Position numbers and translations under genes: made by a program | Notes under the pieces: model-generated | Databases searched by the model: none | What the model was told of the DNA's origin: nothing | Seen by the model: the letters and a program-made list of their open reading frames with translations, nothing else | Assembly: GCA_015487785.1 (NCBI GenBank) | Contig: WFPC01000050.1 | Coordinates: 8,400 to 72,399, forward strand | Source of the DNA: Gammaproteobacteria bacterium | GTDB taxonomy: Bacteria > Pseudomonadota > Gammaproteobacteria > S012-40 | Direction of reading: 5' to 3' | DNA length: 64,000 nucleotides | Shown: positions 20,601 through 30,385 of the stretch, one piece after another | Numbering within the stretch: the stretch's first letter is position 1 | Layout of the letters: each line of letters opens with the position of its first letter

Positions 20601-21059
20601 ATGGCAAAGAAGAAAGCAAGCAAGAAGAAGGCATCGGCTGCGGCCAAGAAGAAGGCCATGGTAGCCAAGAAGAAGGCTCTGGCCGCTAAGAAGAAAGCGC
20701 TGGCGAAGAAGAAGGCCCTGGCCGCCAAGAAGAAGGCTGCGGCTGAGAAGAAGGCCCTGGCGCGCAAGAAGGCAATGGAGAAGAAACGCGCCGCCGCGGC
20801 CAAGAAGAAGGCCATGCTGGCCAAGAAGCGTGAGCGTGAACGTCTGCGCAAGGAAAAGGAAAAGGCCAAGAAGTTGGCTGCCGCCAAGGCCGAAGCCAAG
20901 AAAAAAGCCCTGGCTCGTTTCGAAGCCCAGTGGGAAAAGGAATGGGAGAAAAAGCAGAAAGCCAAGGAGCGTGCCGCTGCCAAGCGCAAACGTGAGGCCG
21001 AGAAAAAGCGCAAGGCTGCCGCCCGCGCCAAGAAGAAAGCCGCCAAGGCCGCAGGCTAG
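20601..21059 (+). CDS. Histone H1-like Lys/Ala-rich DNA-binding protein
   Basis: AKKKA repeats, RBS AAGGAG, own terminator. Confidence 0.8.
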   Translation: MAKKKASKKKASAAAKKKAMVAKKKALAAKKKALAKKKALAAKKKAAAEKKALARKKAMEKKRAAAAKKKAMLAKKRERERLRKEKEKAKKLAAAKAEAKKKALARFEAQWEKEWEKKQKAKERAAAKRKREAEKKRKAAARAKKKAAKAAG

Positions 21060-21081
21060 GTTCTATCCGTCTGCTCAGGAC

Positions 21082-21113
21082 AGGCCGTCACCCCAAGGGG
21101 TGACGGCCTTTTT
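21082..21113 (+). terminator. Intrinsic terminator
   Basis: AGGCCGTCACCCC/GGGGTGACGGCCT plus T-run. Confidence 0.8.
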
Positions 21114-21131
21114 ATTGGTTTGGCCGGTTTC

Positions 21132-22385
21132 TCAGACTAAGCCATCGAACAGTTGCACAGTGACCTCTTCGCCGGGTTCGGCACCGCGCGATTCCAGTGG
21201 CAGGATGATGAAGCAGTCGGCCTGGGACATGGAACTCAGGATATGTGACCCCTGGTTACCGGTGCTTTGTACTGCCCACCCCCTCTTTTCGTCGGTGACC
21301 AGAATACCACGCTGGAATTCCACCCGGCCGGGGCGTTTGCGCAGTCGCGACAGGGTGGGCAGTCGCAGGGTGCGGGGTTTTCTGCTGTTTTCGCCCATCA
21401 ATTGGTGCAGCGCTGGTTGCAGGAACTGGTAGAAGGTGACCATGGCCGATACCGGGTTCCCGGGCAGGCCAAAAAACAGCGCTTGTTTGACCTTACCGTA
21501 GGCCAGAGGGCGGCCCGGTTTGATGGCGATCTTCCAGAAGTCCACCTGGCCCAACCGGGCCAGGATATCCTTGATGTAGTCGGCCTCGCCCACCGATACA
21601 CCGCCGGTGGTCACCACCACATCGGCGTCTCTGGCGGCCAGTTCCAATGTTTCGGCAATGGCATCGCGACGATCCGGCACGATGCCCATGTCGATGATGT
21701 CCACACCAAGGCGTGACAACATGGCGTGCAGAGTGTAACGGTTGCTGTCGTAGATCTGGCCTGGCTCCAGGGGTTCGCCCAGGGAACGCAGCTCATCACC
21801 GGTGGAGAAGAAGGCGACCCGCAAGCGCCGGCTCACCCGCACCTCGGTGATGCCCAGGGAAGCCAGCAGGCCGATATCGGCCGGGGTGAGGCGGCGTCCC
21901 CGCTGCAAGACTACGCCACCACGCCGAATATCCTCACCAGCCTGGCGCACGTTCTGCCCGGGCTTGTGCCCGCTGCCGATGACGATGGCGTCGCCTTCGA
22001 CCCGTACGTGTTCTTGCATGACCACGGTGTCCAGTTCTTCCGGCAGAGGGGCGCCGGTCATGATGCGCACACAATGTCCCGGTGCGATTTTATCTGCGAA
22101 GGGATGGCCGGCGAGCACAGTGCCGGCGAGCCGCAGGCGGGTTTCTCCCGCTGCTGGTAATTCCTCGCCCCGCAGAGCATAGCCGTCCATGGCGGAGTTG
22201 CGATGGGCGGGTACATCGATGCTGGAACGCACGTCTCGCGCCAGCACTCTTCCCAGTGCCTGGCGAATGAATAGCCATTCCGCGCAGGTCAGGGGCTCGA
22301 TGCTGGCGGCGATGCGCTCATGCGCCTGTTCCAGGGTGAGGGCGCTGGGGTCGTGGTCGTCCTGGCAAGAAATGTTTTTGCTCAT
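21132..22385 (-). CDS. moeA: Molybdopterin molybdotransferase
   Basis: SAMDGYA, RIMTGAP, STGDEL, TGGVSVG, GLPGNPVS. Confidence 0.97.
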   Translation of the reverse strand: MSKNISCQDDHDPSALTLEQAHERIAASIEPLTCAEWLFIRQALGRVLARDVRSSIDVPAHRNSAMDGYALRGEELPAAGETRLRLAGTVLAGHPFADKIAPGHCVRIMTGAPLPEELDTVVMQEHVRVEGDAIVIGSGHKPGQNVRQAGEDIRRGGVVLQRGRRLTPADIGLLASLGITEVRVSRRLRVAFFSTGDELRSLGEPLEPGQIYDSNRYTLHAMLSRLGVDIIDMGIVPDRRDAIAETLELAARDADVVVTTGGVSVGEADYIKDILARLGQVDFWKIAIKPGRPLAYGKVKQALFFGLPGNPVSAMVTFYQFLQPALHQLMGENSRKPRTLRLPTLSRLRKRPGRVEFQRGILVTDEKRGWAVQSTGNQGSHILSSMSQADCFIILPLESRGAEPGEEVTVQLFDGLV

Positions 22386-22915
22386 GGGATTTCCTGTTGC
22401 AATGACGGATGATGGTGTTGGATGAAGTCGGCGATATGCTTGGGTTGGTTGAGATCAAGCACGGGCAGAGGACAGTCCAGTGGTCGATCGCTGGCCACGG
22501 CCATGATATGTGGGTCGTGCGGATACAGCAATGGTTTGCCCAGCGCGGGGCGATGCAACTCGATGCGAGGGAAGGGTTCGTGCTTGAAGCCTTCCACCAG
22601 CACCAGATCCAGCGTGTTGGTGTCGAGCCGGGCCAGCAGCGGAGCCAGTTCGGGATCCTGGCCAGGTGACGGGTTTTCGTGAATCAGCGCCCAGCGACGT
22701 GCCGAGGCCACCAGGGTTTGTTGCGCGCCGGCCTTGCGCAAACGGTAGCTGTCCTTGCCGGGATGGTCGATGTCGAAGTCGTGGTGGGCGTGTTTGATCA
22801 GGCCCAGGCGCAGCCCTCGCTGACGCAGAATGGGAATCAGGGCTTCCAGCAGAGTGGTTTTGCCGGTGCCGCTATAGGCGGCGAACCCCACAACAACGGT
22901 TTGTTTCGTGCTCAT
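22382..22915 (-). CDS. mobB: Molybdopterin-guanine dinucleotide biosynthesis protein B
   Basis: AYSGTGKTTL, IKHAHHDFDIDHPGKDS, VEGFK. Confidence 0.95.
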   Translation of the reverse strand: MSTKQTVVVGFAAYSGTGKTTLLEALIPILRQRGLRLGLIKHAHHDFDIDHPGKDSYRLRKAGAQQTLVASARRWALIHENPSPGQDPELAPLLARLDTNTLDLVLVEGFKHEPFPRIELHRPALGKPLLYPHDPHIMAVASDRPLDCPLPVLDLNQPKHIADFIQHHHPSLQQEIP

Positions 22916-23520
22916 CAGGCTGGGGATGATACGTATTGCTCGGCCCGTTGCAAATCCTTTTCATCGTTGACGTTGAGAAAACACTGGGGACAGTCGGAAA
23001 AATCGACCACGATGGGATCGTGCGCGCCGACCCACTCGCGCACCTTGCGGTGGCCCTGCGCGAGACTCGTCTGCAAATCATCGAGCAAGGTCTTCTCGCA
23101 CAACATGAACAGGGGTTGTAGACGCTGACCATCGTGAGCCACGGCCAGCGGTTTGCCGCTGTCATCCAGGGCCTGATTCAGTCTGGCGGCCAATTGGGGG
23201 TGCAGCAGGGGCGCGTCGCAGGGTACGCTGAGCAGGCGTGGAGTGGGAATATGACCTGCTGCGCTGGCCATGCCCGCCAGCGGGCCGGCATAGTCGGTCC
23301 GCTGGTCGGCCAGCACCGGGAAGCCAAGCGCGGCATAACGTTCGCGGTTGCGGTTGGCGCTGATGAGAAGGTGGGCCACTTGCGGACGCAGGCGCTCGAT
23401 GACATGGATGACCAAGGGCTTGCCGACCAGTTTTTCCAATCCCTTGTCGCGTCCGCCCAGACGCCGCGCGCGTCCTCCCGCGAGAATCAGCGCCGTGATG
23501 CTCTCAGTAGGTGACGCCAT
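22915..23520 (-). CDS. mobA: Molybdenum cofactor guanylyltransferase
   Basis: ILAGGRARRLGGRDKG, GPLAG, VPCDAP, FLNVN. Confidence 0.95.
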   Translation of the reverse strand: MASPTESITALILAGGRARRLGGRDKGLEKLVGKPLVIHVIERLRPQVAHLLISANRNRERYAALGFPVLADQRTDYAGPLAGMASAAGHIPTPRLLSVPCDAPLLHPQLAARLNQALDDSGKPLAVAHDGQRLQPLFMLCEKTLLDDLQTSLAQGHRKVREWVGAHDPIVVDFSDCPQCFLNVNDEKDLQRAEQYVSSPA

Positions 23521-24037
23521 GAGTCTGGGCCTGCCATTGCTGCAGCAATTCTAGGCATTGCGGGCGCATGAAATCGGTGATGAGCCGTACCGGGCTGTGG
23601 CCGAGGCGCTGCATCTGCCGGTTGCTGATATGGAGTTCGTGAAACCCCAGGGCTTCCACGTCGGCGATGCGTGTGCCATAGACGATAATATCGATGCGGG
23701 CCCAGTGAATGGCGCTGAAACACATGGGACAGGGCTCGGTGGTGGAATAGATCACGCACCCGGACAGGTCATGGCGGCCCAGTGCCCTGGCGGCCAGGCG
23801 AATGGCATTGATCTCGGCGTGACAAGTGGGATCCTTTTCCTTCAGCACCGTGTTGTGGGCCAGCGCAAGGATGTCGTTGCCCTGGACCAGGCAGGCACCA
23901 AAGGGGCCGCCTTCTTCGTGCTGCAAGGCATTGCCGATGTCGTCGAGCGCGGCCCGCATGAAGCGCGCCCGGGGGTGGGATGGATGAGCCATGTCTGCAA
24001 GGCTAGCGGGAATCGTGCGGCTGGTAAAGCCCATCAT
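23504..24037 (-). CDS. Nucleoside/guanine deaminase (cytidine deaminase fold)
   Basis: GGPFGA, DPTCHAEINAIR, EPCPMCFSAIHWA. Confidence 0.88.
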   Translation of the reverse strand: MMGFTSRTIPASLADMAHPSHPRARFMRAALDDIGNALQHEEGGPFGACLVQGNDILALAHNTVLKEKDPTCHAEINAIRLAARALGRHDLSGCVIYSTTEPCPMCFSAIHWARIDIIVYGTRIADVEALGFHELHISNRQMQRLGHSPVRLITDFMRPQCLELLQQWQAQTHGVTY

Positions 24038-25323
24038 GCCCGCGCGGCGGCGATGCCCCGTTGTTCGTCCACCCGTAGCAGGAGCAACAGGCCCAGCACG
24101 AAAAAGAGACTGGTGGAGAGCAGGGCCAGGCGCTGATTGCCATGGCTTGCCCAGGTGATGAAGCCATAGCTCAAGGGGCCGATTATGGCGGCCAGTTTGG
24201 TGGCCAATCCCCACAGGCCGAAAAATTCGCCGCTGTGCCGTGGTGGAGAGAACAATCCCACCAGGGCCCGGCTGGCGCTCTGGCTGGAGCCCAGAGCGAT
24301 ACCCACCAGGTTGGCGACCAGCCAGAAAGTCAGTCTGTCGGTGGCGAAAAAGGCCAGCAGGCTGGCGCCCAGCCAAACCAGCAGGGTAAGAATCAAGATG
24401 CGTCGTGAGCCCAGGCTGTCCTGCAGCCGGCCGAAGACATGGGCGCCGATGGCCGCGGTGATATTGACCACCAGGATCAATGTGATGGTGTCGCGGGTGG
24501 TGAAACCCATGACTTCCTGGGCATAGACCGCGGCCAGAATGACCACCGTATTGATACCGCACTGAAACACGGTCAGTGCCAGCAAGAAGTGGAACAGATC
24601 CTGGTAACGCCGGGCGTGTTGCCAGGTATGGCGCAGGCGGCCGAAGCCAATGGCAAGATAGCTTTGTCCCGCGGGCCTGGTGCGAGCGGTGGCGCGTTCC
24701 TTGAGGACCAGGAAGGTGGGCAGGCTGGCCAGGCCGAAGCAGGCGGCCACGATCAGCAGGGTGACCGGCACGTAGTCTTGCGCGCTATGGCCGGCCGCCT
24801 CGGCAAAGCTCACATAGGCCAGACATAGCCCCAGTACCAGCAAACCGCCCACATAGCCCAGTGTCCAGCCATATGCGGAAATGCGCCCCATATGGTTCTG
24901 CGGACTGATTTCCGGCAGGAAGGCGGCAATGAGATTTTCGCCACTGAAGAAGGCCATGCTGGACAATATTACCAAGACCATGGCCAGGGCGATGTCGCCT
25001 GGCCCGGTAAAAGCGAGCAAGCTGGTGAACGTCACGCAGGCCACGGTGGAGACGAACAAGAAACGTTTTTTTGCTCCGCTGTAATCGGCTATGGCGCCGA
25101 TCACCGGTGCACTGAGCAACACCAGCCCATTGGCGGTGGCAATGGCGATGGTCCACAACAGGGTGGCGTTGCCGCTGCCGCTTTCGGCGGCGATGACGGA
25201 GACGAAATAGGCATTGAAAATGGCCGTGAGCACCACCGTGGTATAGCCGGAGTTGGCAAAGTCGAACATAGCCCAGGCGAAGATCTCACGCCGGGGAGCA
25301 AGCACGGTGGTGATATTTGACAT
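24034..25323 (-). CDS. MFS transporter (UMF1/Atg22-like)
   Basis: WAMFDFANSGYTT, about 12 TM segments, SQSASRAL. Confidence 0.88.
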   Translation of the reverse strand: MSNITTVLAPRREIFAWAMFDFANSGYTTVVLTAIFNAYFVSVIAAESGSGNATLLWTIAIATANGLVLLSAPVIGAIADYSGAKKRFLFVSTVACVTFTSLLAFTGPGDIALAMVLVILSSMAFFSGENLIAAFLPEISPQNHMGRISAYGWTLGYVGGLLVLGLCLAYVSFAEAAGHSAQDYVPVTLLIVAACFGLASLPTFLVLKERATARTRPAGQSYLAIGFGRLRHTWQHARRYQDLFHFLLALTVFQCGINTVVILAAVYAQEVMGFTTRDTITLILVVNITAAIGAHVFGRLQDSLGSRRILILTLLVWLGASLLAFFATDRLTFWLVANLVGIALGSSQSASRALVGLFSPPRHSGEFFGLWGLATKLAAIIGPLSYGFITWASHGNQRLALLSTSLFFVLGLLLLLRVDEQRGIAAARA

Positions 25324-25414
25324 GGGTCCGCAACAGTCCTTGGTGCAATATCGGGTTAAGTCTGAATAAATCTTGTGAGTATAGAATTGTTTGCCACTAC
25401 GACGCTAAAAGCGA

Positions 25415-26221
25415 GTGATTGGCATGATGGGCAAGCAGATTCTTTTCCCTTCGGTGATCATGACGGTCCTGGTGGTTTGTCAGGCGGTTCAACCAGCATG
25501 GGCCGTAACGGCTTCGGTGGCGGATGAGCTTGTTCCGCCGAGCATGGAAATAGTGCAGCGACGCGATGATGCCCGCGCCCAATATAACATGGCCCGCCGT
25601 TACCGGGATGGTGACGGGGTATTTCGCGATTATCGCCGGGCACTGGTGTGGTATCGGCGTGCTGCCAGGCAGGGTTTTGCTCCGGCACAGATCGATCTGG
25701 GCCAGATGTACGCCGAAGGCCAGGGTGTGATGCGGGACTATGCCCGGGCCTTTCGCTGGTTTCAGCGGGCCGCGCGGCAGGGCCATGCCACGGCACAATA
25801 CAATCTGGCCAATCTCTATCGTCAGGGCAAGGGGGTAAGGCGTGACGACGCCGAGGCGGTGTACTGGTATCGACAGGCGGCCCAGCGCGGGTCGGCGCTG
25901 GCGCAATACAATCTTGCCTTGATGTATCGACAGGGCCGGGGGGTGGCGCGCGACCGCCAGCAGGCGGTGCATTGGCTGCGTCTGGCGGCCGGCCAGGGGC
26001 TGGCGCGGGCACAGTACCGCCTGGCGGAGATGCTGTGGCATGGTGAGGGCACGGCCCGCGATCCGGTGTCGGCCTATTACTGGTATCGTCGGGCTGCATA
26101 CGCCGGCGAACGCGAGGCCGGTGTCGCCGCGCGCCAATTGGGTTTGATGCTGAGCGAGGCCCAACGCCGTGAGGGAGAACGTCGCTTGTTGGAGGCCTTG
26201 GGGGTATCGGCCAGGCTGTAG
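25415..26221 (+). CDS. Sel1-like repeat exported protein
   Basis: Repeated AQYNL..Y..G.GV..D...A..WY..AA units. Confidence 0.9.
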   Translation: MIGMMGKQILFPSVIMTVLVVCQAVQPAWAVTASVADELVPPSMEIVQRRDDARAQYNMARRYRDGDGVFRDYRRALVWYRRAARQGFAPAQIDLGQMYAEGQGVMRDYARAFRWFQRAARQGHATAQYNLANLYRQGKGVRRDDAEAVYWYRQAAQRGSALAQYNLALMYRQGRGVARDRQQAVHWLRLAAGQGLARAQYRLAEMLWHGEGTARDPVSAYYWYRRAAYAGEREAGVAARQLGLMLSEAQRREGERRLLEALGVSARL

Positions 26222-26254
26222 TAGTGTAGTAGTCGCGCTCCCGGGCGCCAATTA

Positions 26255-27127
26255 TCAGATCAGGTTTTCCGGCGGAAAGCCTCGCCGGATCATCTCCTGT
26301 TTGGCGGCATAGGCGGTTTCCGCCATCAAGAGTTCCTCTTCCCAGTGATATTTGGGCTCCACCTGGATATCGCCCACGCTTTCCAGCTCCACATCCTTGC
26401 GCGCGAGAATGCGCAGCCAGCGCGTTTCCTCGATGTTGGGTGTGAGATCGGGCCAGATTTCGTGCAATAAATCCTTGGGGCGGGTCAGGCTGCGTTCTTC
26501 CAGTATGCGGTAGTCATCGGCCAGCGCCTCGCCAAAGCTGTTGTCGGTACCGGTCTGGCGTTGGCCGGTGGTTTCGTCCTCGTGCTGGGTGAAAATGAAA
26601 ACCACCAGCTTGGGTGACAGACGACGGATTTCGTTGTTGAGCTGCTGGCCAGGTGGCATCCAGGCAGAGAATATCACATCGGCCGGGCCGGCAAAGGTGG
26701 CCAGGGTGCCTTCCTCCAGGCGATAGCAGCGGGGATCGTGAAACATCTCGATCTGATTGGGCTTGTCGGCCGGGTCGCGCAGGCCGAACACACCGCCGCG
26801 GGTTTCGCGCGCCAGCAGGCTGCCGATGAAACCGTTGCGGGCGTGGGCGTCGACGATCACCGGTTGTTCTGCCACCTGCTCGGCATAATGGGCGATGAGG
26901 CGCATTTCCCTGCGCAGGGGATAGAAATGAGCCACGGTGGGACCGTGGGTTTCGGGATTGCGATCGGGATTGCTGAAGATCAGGTAATGCAGCGGCAGCT
27001 TGGCGATGCGTTGGTCGAAGCTCAGGGAGGTGTCCCAGGCGGGATGCTCCTTCTCCTGGAAGGCAATGATATTGTTGAACATTTCCTGGGTGAAGGACTC
27101 CATGTGACGGAGTATTTCAAAATTCAT
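26255..27127 (-). CDS. Hypothetical protein with degenerate SAM-methyltransferase-like motif
   Basis: 290-aa ORF with host codon usage; VIVDAHARNGFIGSLLARE, ADVIFSAWMP. Confidence 0.75.
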   Translation of the reverse strand: MNFEILRHMESFTQEMFNNIIAFQEKEHPAWDTSLSFDQRIAKLPLHYLIFSNPDRNPETHGPTVAHFYPLRREMRLIAHYAEQVAEQPVIVDAHARNGFIGSLLARETRGGVFGLRDPADKPNQIEMFHDPRCYRLEEGTLATFAGPADVIFSAWMPPGQQLNNEIRRLSPKLVVFIFTQHEDETTGQRQTGTDNSFGEALADDYRILEERSLTRPKDLLHEIWPDLTPNIEETRWLRILARKDVELESVGDIQVEPKYHWEEELLMAETAYAAKQEMIRRGFPPENLI

Positions 27128-27176
27128 GGCATATCCTCGAGACGAACGGAAGCGTTGACAGGGAAGTTTACCATTT

Positions 27177-29270
27177 TTATCGGGAATCGGCCTGTTCGGG
27201 CCACAGGGCTTCCTGCTCGAACAGAATCCGGCGGGAGCGATTGTCCTTCAGCCAGCGGAGCATGTCGCTAGCGCACATGGGCGGGCTGACGAAATAGCCC
27301 TGTACCCGGTCACAGCCACGACTCTTGAGGAAAAAGACCTGTTCTTCGGTTTCCACGCCCTCGGCGATGATATTGAGATTCAGACTCTTGCCCAGGGCGA
27401 TGATGGCCTCCGCTATGGTGGCGCCCTGGGGTCCGGAATCCAGGTCCTTGACGAAGGACTGGTCAATTTTGAGGGTATTGAGCGGGAAGCGCTTGAGATA
27501 ACTGAGCGAGGAATAGCCGGTACCGAAATCGTCCACCGACAATTGCACGCCCAGTTCATGGAGCTGGCGCAATACCTTGGTTGCCTGGTCCACGTTCTGG
27601 GCCAGGAAGCTCTCGGTAATCTCCAGCTCCAGCAAGTGGGGATCCAGTTCGCTGTTGGACAGGGCATTGGCCACCAGGTCGACGAACATCTTTTGCCGGA
27701 ACTGGCGCATGGACAGGTTGACCGCGATACGCACCGGTGGCAGGCCGTTTTCCTGCCAGCGCTTGGCCTCCAGGCAGGCATTGTTTAAGGCCCATTCGCC
27801 AATGGGGATGATCAGACCAGTTTCCTCGGCGAAAGGCACGAACTTGTCCGGTGACAGGAAGCCGCGTTCGGGATGGTTCCAGCGAATCAGGGCCTCGATG
27901 CCAATGATGCCGTGGGTGTGCAAGTCAATCTGGGGCTGGAAATAGAGTTCGAACTGGTCGCGCTCCAGGGCGTGGCGCAGGTTACTTTCCAGTACCAGGT
28001 GTTCGTAGGCGCGGGCATTCATGCCTTCGGTATAGAACTGGTAGCGGTTGCCGCCCTTTTCCTTGGAGCGGTACATGGCGGTATCGGCGTTTTTCAGCAG
28101 GCTGCGCATGTCCTCGGCATCGTCGGGGTAGAGAGTGATGCCGATGCTGGGCGATACCACCAGCTCATGGCCATCGAGCCGGAAAGGAGGCTCCATCAGC
28201 TCGAGAATCTTGTTGGCCACCAGGGAGGCATCGTCAGGGGTGTGGATGTTTTCCAGGATCACGGTGAATTCGTCGCCCCCCAGGCGGGCCACGGTATCGC
28301 CCTTGCGGGCATTTTGGGTCAGGCGCTTGGCCACCCCGCGCAGGAGCTGGTCACCGGCATGGTGGCCAAGACTGTCGTTGATGTTCTTGAAACGGTCGAG
28401 ATCGAGAAACAATAATGCCAGGCGGGTTTTGTTGCGCTGGGCCCGGCTGATGGCACGACGCAGGCGATCGCGGAACAGGGCGCGGTTGGGCAGGCGAGTG
28501 AGCGAGTCGAAATTGGCCAGCCTGAGCAGCCGCTCCTCGGTCTCCTTGCGCCGGGTGATGTCACGCGAGACCGTGATGATCTCGCGACCTTGCCTGGCGA
28601 GGGGTTCGCGAATGGGCTTGCTGACGGTTTCCAGCCATACATAGGTGTCATCCTTGCGCCGGATGCGGTAGCACACGGGGTCGTCGGCCTCACCGTCAAG
28701 CAGGCGCCGAAACAAGCGCCGTTTGGTCTTGAGGTCGTTGGGGTGAAAATAGTCGAATACCGACTGGCCGATGATTTCCTCGGGTTTGTAGCCCAGCACT
28801 CGCTCGATGCTGGGCGAAACATAGGTGCAGATCCCTTGCAGATCGTACTTGGTGATGATGTCGGAGCTGTATTCGGAGATGAGTTGGTAATCGAGCAAGT
28901 GCTCGGCGGGCAAGGGCTGGGCAATTTCCTGGTCGGCGATGCAGCCGCCGGAAACCCCGATGATGCTGCTGTCGTTTTGCACCGGCGTCAGCCATACATG
29001 GAACAAGTCGTCTCCGATCTGAACAGTGCTGGCCACCGCCTCGCCTGCCAGCGCCTGTTTGACATGATCCTGCAGCACGGAAAGGGCACAGCTGCTGTCG
29101 AACAGAGACTGGCCGATTTTCAGGGCCGAAGCCAGTTCGCGGGTATGCTCGGCGCTATTGCGCAGGGCGGTGAGGCGACCACTCTGTTCCAGCGAGAAAT
29201 GCAATGCCCGGGGAGGATATCCCCGCTTGCGGAGGCTGGTTTTTTCGCGCTGTTTGGTATCCTGATTCAT
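27177..29270 (-). CDS. PAS-GGDEF-EAL c-di-GMP metabolism protein
   Basis: PAS/PAC, GGDEF, EALIRW, DDFGTGYSS. Confidence 0.95.
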   Translation of the reverse strand: MNQDTKQREKTSLRKRGYPPRALHFSLEQSGRLTALRNSAEHTRELASALKIGQSLFDSSCALSVLQDHVKQALAGEAVASTVQIGDDLFHVWLTPVQNDSSIIGVSGGCIADQEIAQPLPAEHLLDYQLISEYSSDIITKYDLQGICTYVSPSIERVLGYKPEEIIGQSVFDYFHPNDLKTKRRLFRRLLDGEADDPVCYRIRRKDDTYVWLETVSKPIREPLARQGREIITVSRDITRRKETEERLLRLANFDSLTRLPNRALFRDRLRRAISRAQRNKTRLALLFLDLDRFKNINDSLGHHAGDQLLRGVAKRLTQNARKGDTVARLGGDEFTVILENIHTPDDASLVANKILELMEPPFRLDGHELVVSPSIGITLYPDDAEDMRSLLKNADTAMYRSKEKGGNRYQFYTEGMNARAYEHLVLESNLRHALERDQFELYFQPQIDLHTHGIIGIEALIRWNHPERGFLSPDKFVPFAEETGLIIPIGEWALNNACLEAKRWQENGLPPVRIAVNLSMRQFRQKMFVDLVANALSNSELDPHLLELEITESFLAQNVDQATKVLRQLHELGVQLSVDDFGTGYSSLSYLKRFPLNTLKIDQSFVKDLDSGPQGATIAEAIIALGKSLNLNIIAEGVETEEQVFFLKSRGCDRVQGYFVSPPMCASDMLRWLKDNRSRRILFEQEALWPEQADSR

Positions 29271-29333
29271 GGGCTGATCCCTGCCAGCTTGGCGACTCCA
29301 TGCGAGGGATGATTCATAGTCTTCGGGACGACC

Positions 29334-29816
29334 TCAATCGCGGAAGTTAGTGAATTGTAAAGGGATGCCCAGCTTGGCTTCGCGCAGCCTGGCAATGAGA
29401 CTTTGCAAATCGTCGCGTTTCTTGCCACTGACGCGAACCTGGTCACCCTGGATGGCGGCCTGAACCTTGAGCTTACTGTCCTTGACCAGCTTGACGATCT
29501 TCTTGGCAGTTTCCTTGTCAATGCCCTGGCGCACGGCAAGGGTCTGGTGGGCGGTTTGGCCCCGGATTTCGACCTTGCCCGGATCCAGGCAGTCGACATC
29601 CAGTTTGCGCTTGGCCATTTTGGTGTAGAGGATGTCCAGAATCTGGCCTAGCTGAAATTCGCTGTCGGCGGTGAGGGTTATGCTGTCGTCATGGAGTTCG
29701 ATCTCGGCGCTGCTGCCCTTGAAATCGTAACGGTTGGCGATTTCCCGCGCGGTCTGGTCCACCGCGTTGCGTAACTCGTGTCGATCGACCTCAGAAACGA
29801 CATCGAAAGAAGACAT
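29334..29816 (-). CDS. yajQ: YajQ family nucleotide/c-di-GMP-binding protein
   Basis: SFDVVSE, RYDFKGS, IQGDQVRVSGKKRDDLQ, NFRD. Confidence 0.96.
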   Translation of the reverse strand: MSSFDVVSEVDRHELRNAVDQTAREIANRYDFKGSSAEIELHDDSITLTADSEFQLGQILDILYTKMAKRKLDVDCLDPGKVEIRGQTAHQTLAVRQGIDKETAKKIVKLVKDSKLKVQAAIQGDQVRVSGKKRDDLQSLIARLREAKLGIPLQFTNFRD

Positions 29817-29991
29817 CAGACCCTCCCTTCCCTTGGCCAACGTCGATACCGTGGCGCTCGAAGACGGTTAAATATACACACCCATGGCCAGGGTTCAAGT
29901 TGTTTTTGGTCATGAAATATTCGAACTCGCTCCTCCGGAGGATGTGCTAAGATGCCCCTTTCACGCCTCGGGCGAGCCTGGGCGGGAAGCC

Positions 29992-30384
29992 ATGAGAAAA
30001 ACCAAGGGTGTGATTTTGAAAAGATTTGTTGCCATTCTCTTTCTGTGTTCCTGGGGGGCGTCAAGTTTGGCCGACGGGTCGAACCCCCATTCGTCCATGG
30101 GTTTTCATGCGGCCAATCCACCGGGTAAGACACCGGCAATGGCGGAAGGGCCAGCGGCCACGGCGGTGGTCGAAGAGGTGCTGGAGGGTGGCGGTTACAG
30201 CTACCTGAAGTTGCGTTCGTCCGAAGGCGATGTCTTCTGGTTGGCCGGCATCCAGCCCGGGATCAGGACGGGAGACACCGTGCGCTATGTGGAGAACGTG
30301 GTGATGGAGAACTTCACCAGCCGCAGTCTCAACCGCCGCTTCGATCGCATCGTGTTCGCGTCCTCGGTGCAGGTGGTACCCTGA
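29992..30384 (+). CDS. Exported NrfJ-like/OB-fold hypothetical protein
   Basis: Signal peptide, VEEVLEGGGYSYL..WLAG, FTSRSLNRRFDRIVF. Confidence 0.65.
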   Translation: MRKTKGVILKRFVAILFLCSWGASSLADGSNPHSSMGFHAANPPGKTPAMAEGPAATAVVEEVLEGGGYSYLKLRSSEGDVFWLAGIQPGIRTGDTVRYVENVVMENFTSRSLNRRFDRIVFASSVQVVP

Positions 30385-30385
30385 A

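Noticed and set aside
20601-20830. GCCAAGAAGAAGGC repeats as a CRISPR or DNA repeat array
   Set aside because: They are coding repeats of AKKKA with no unique spacers.
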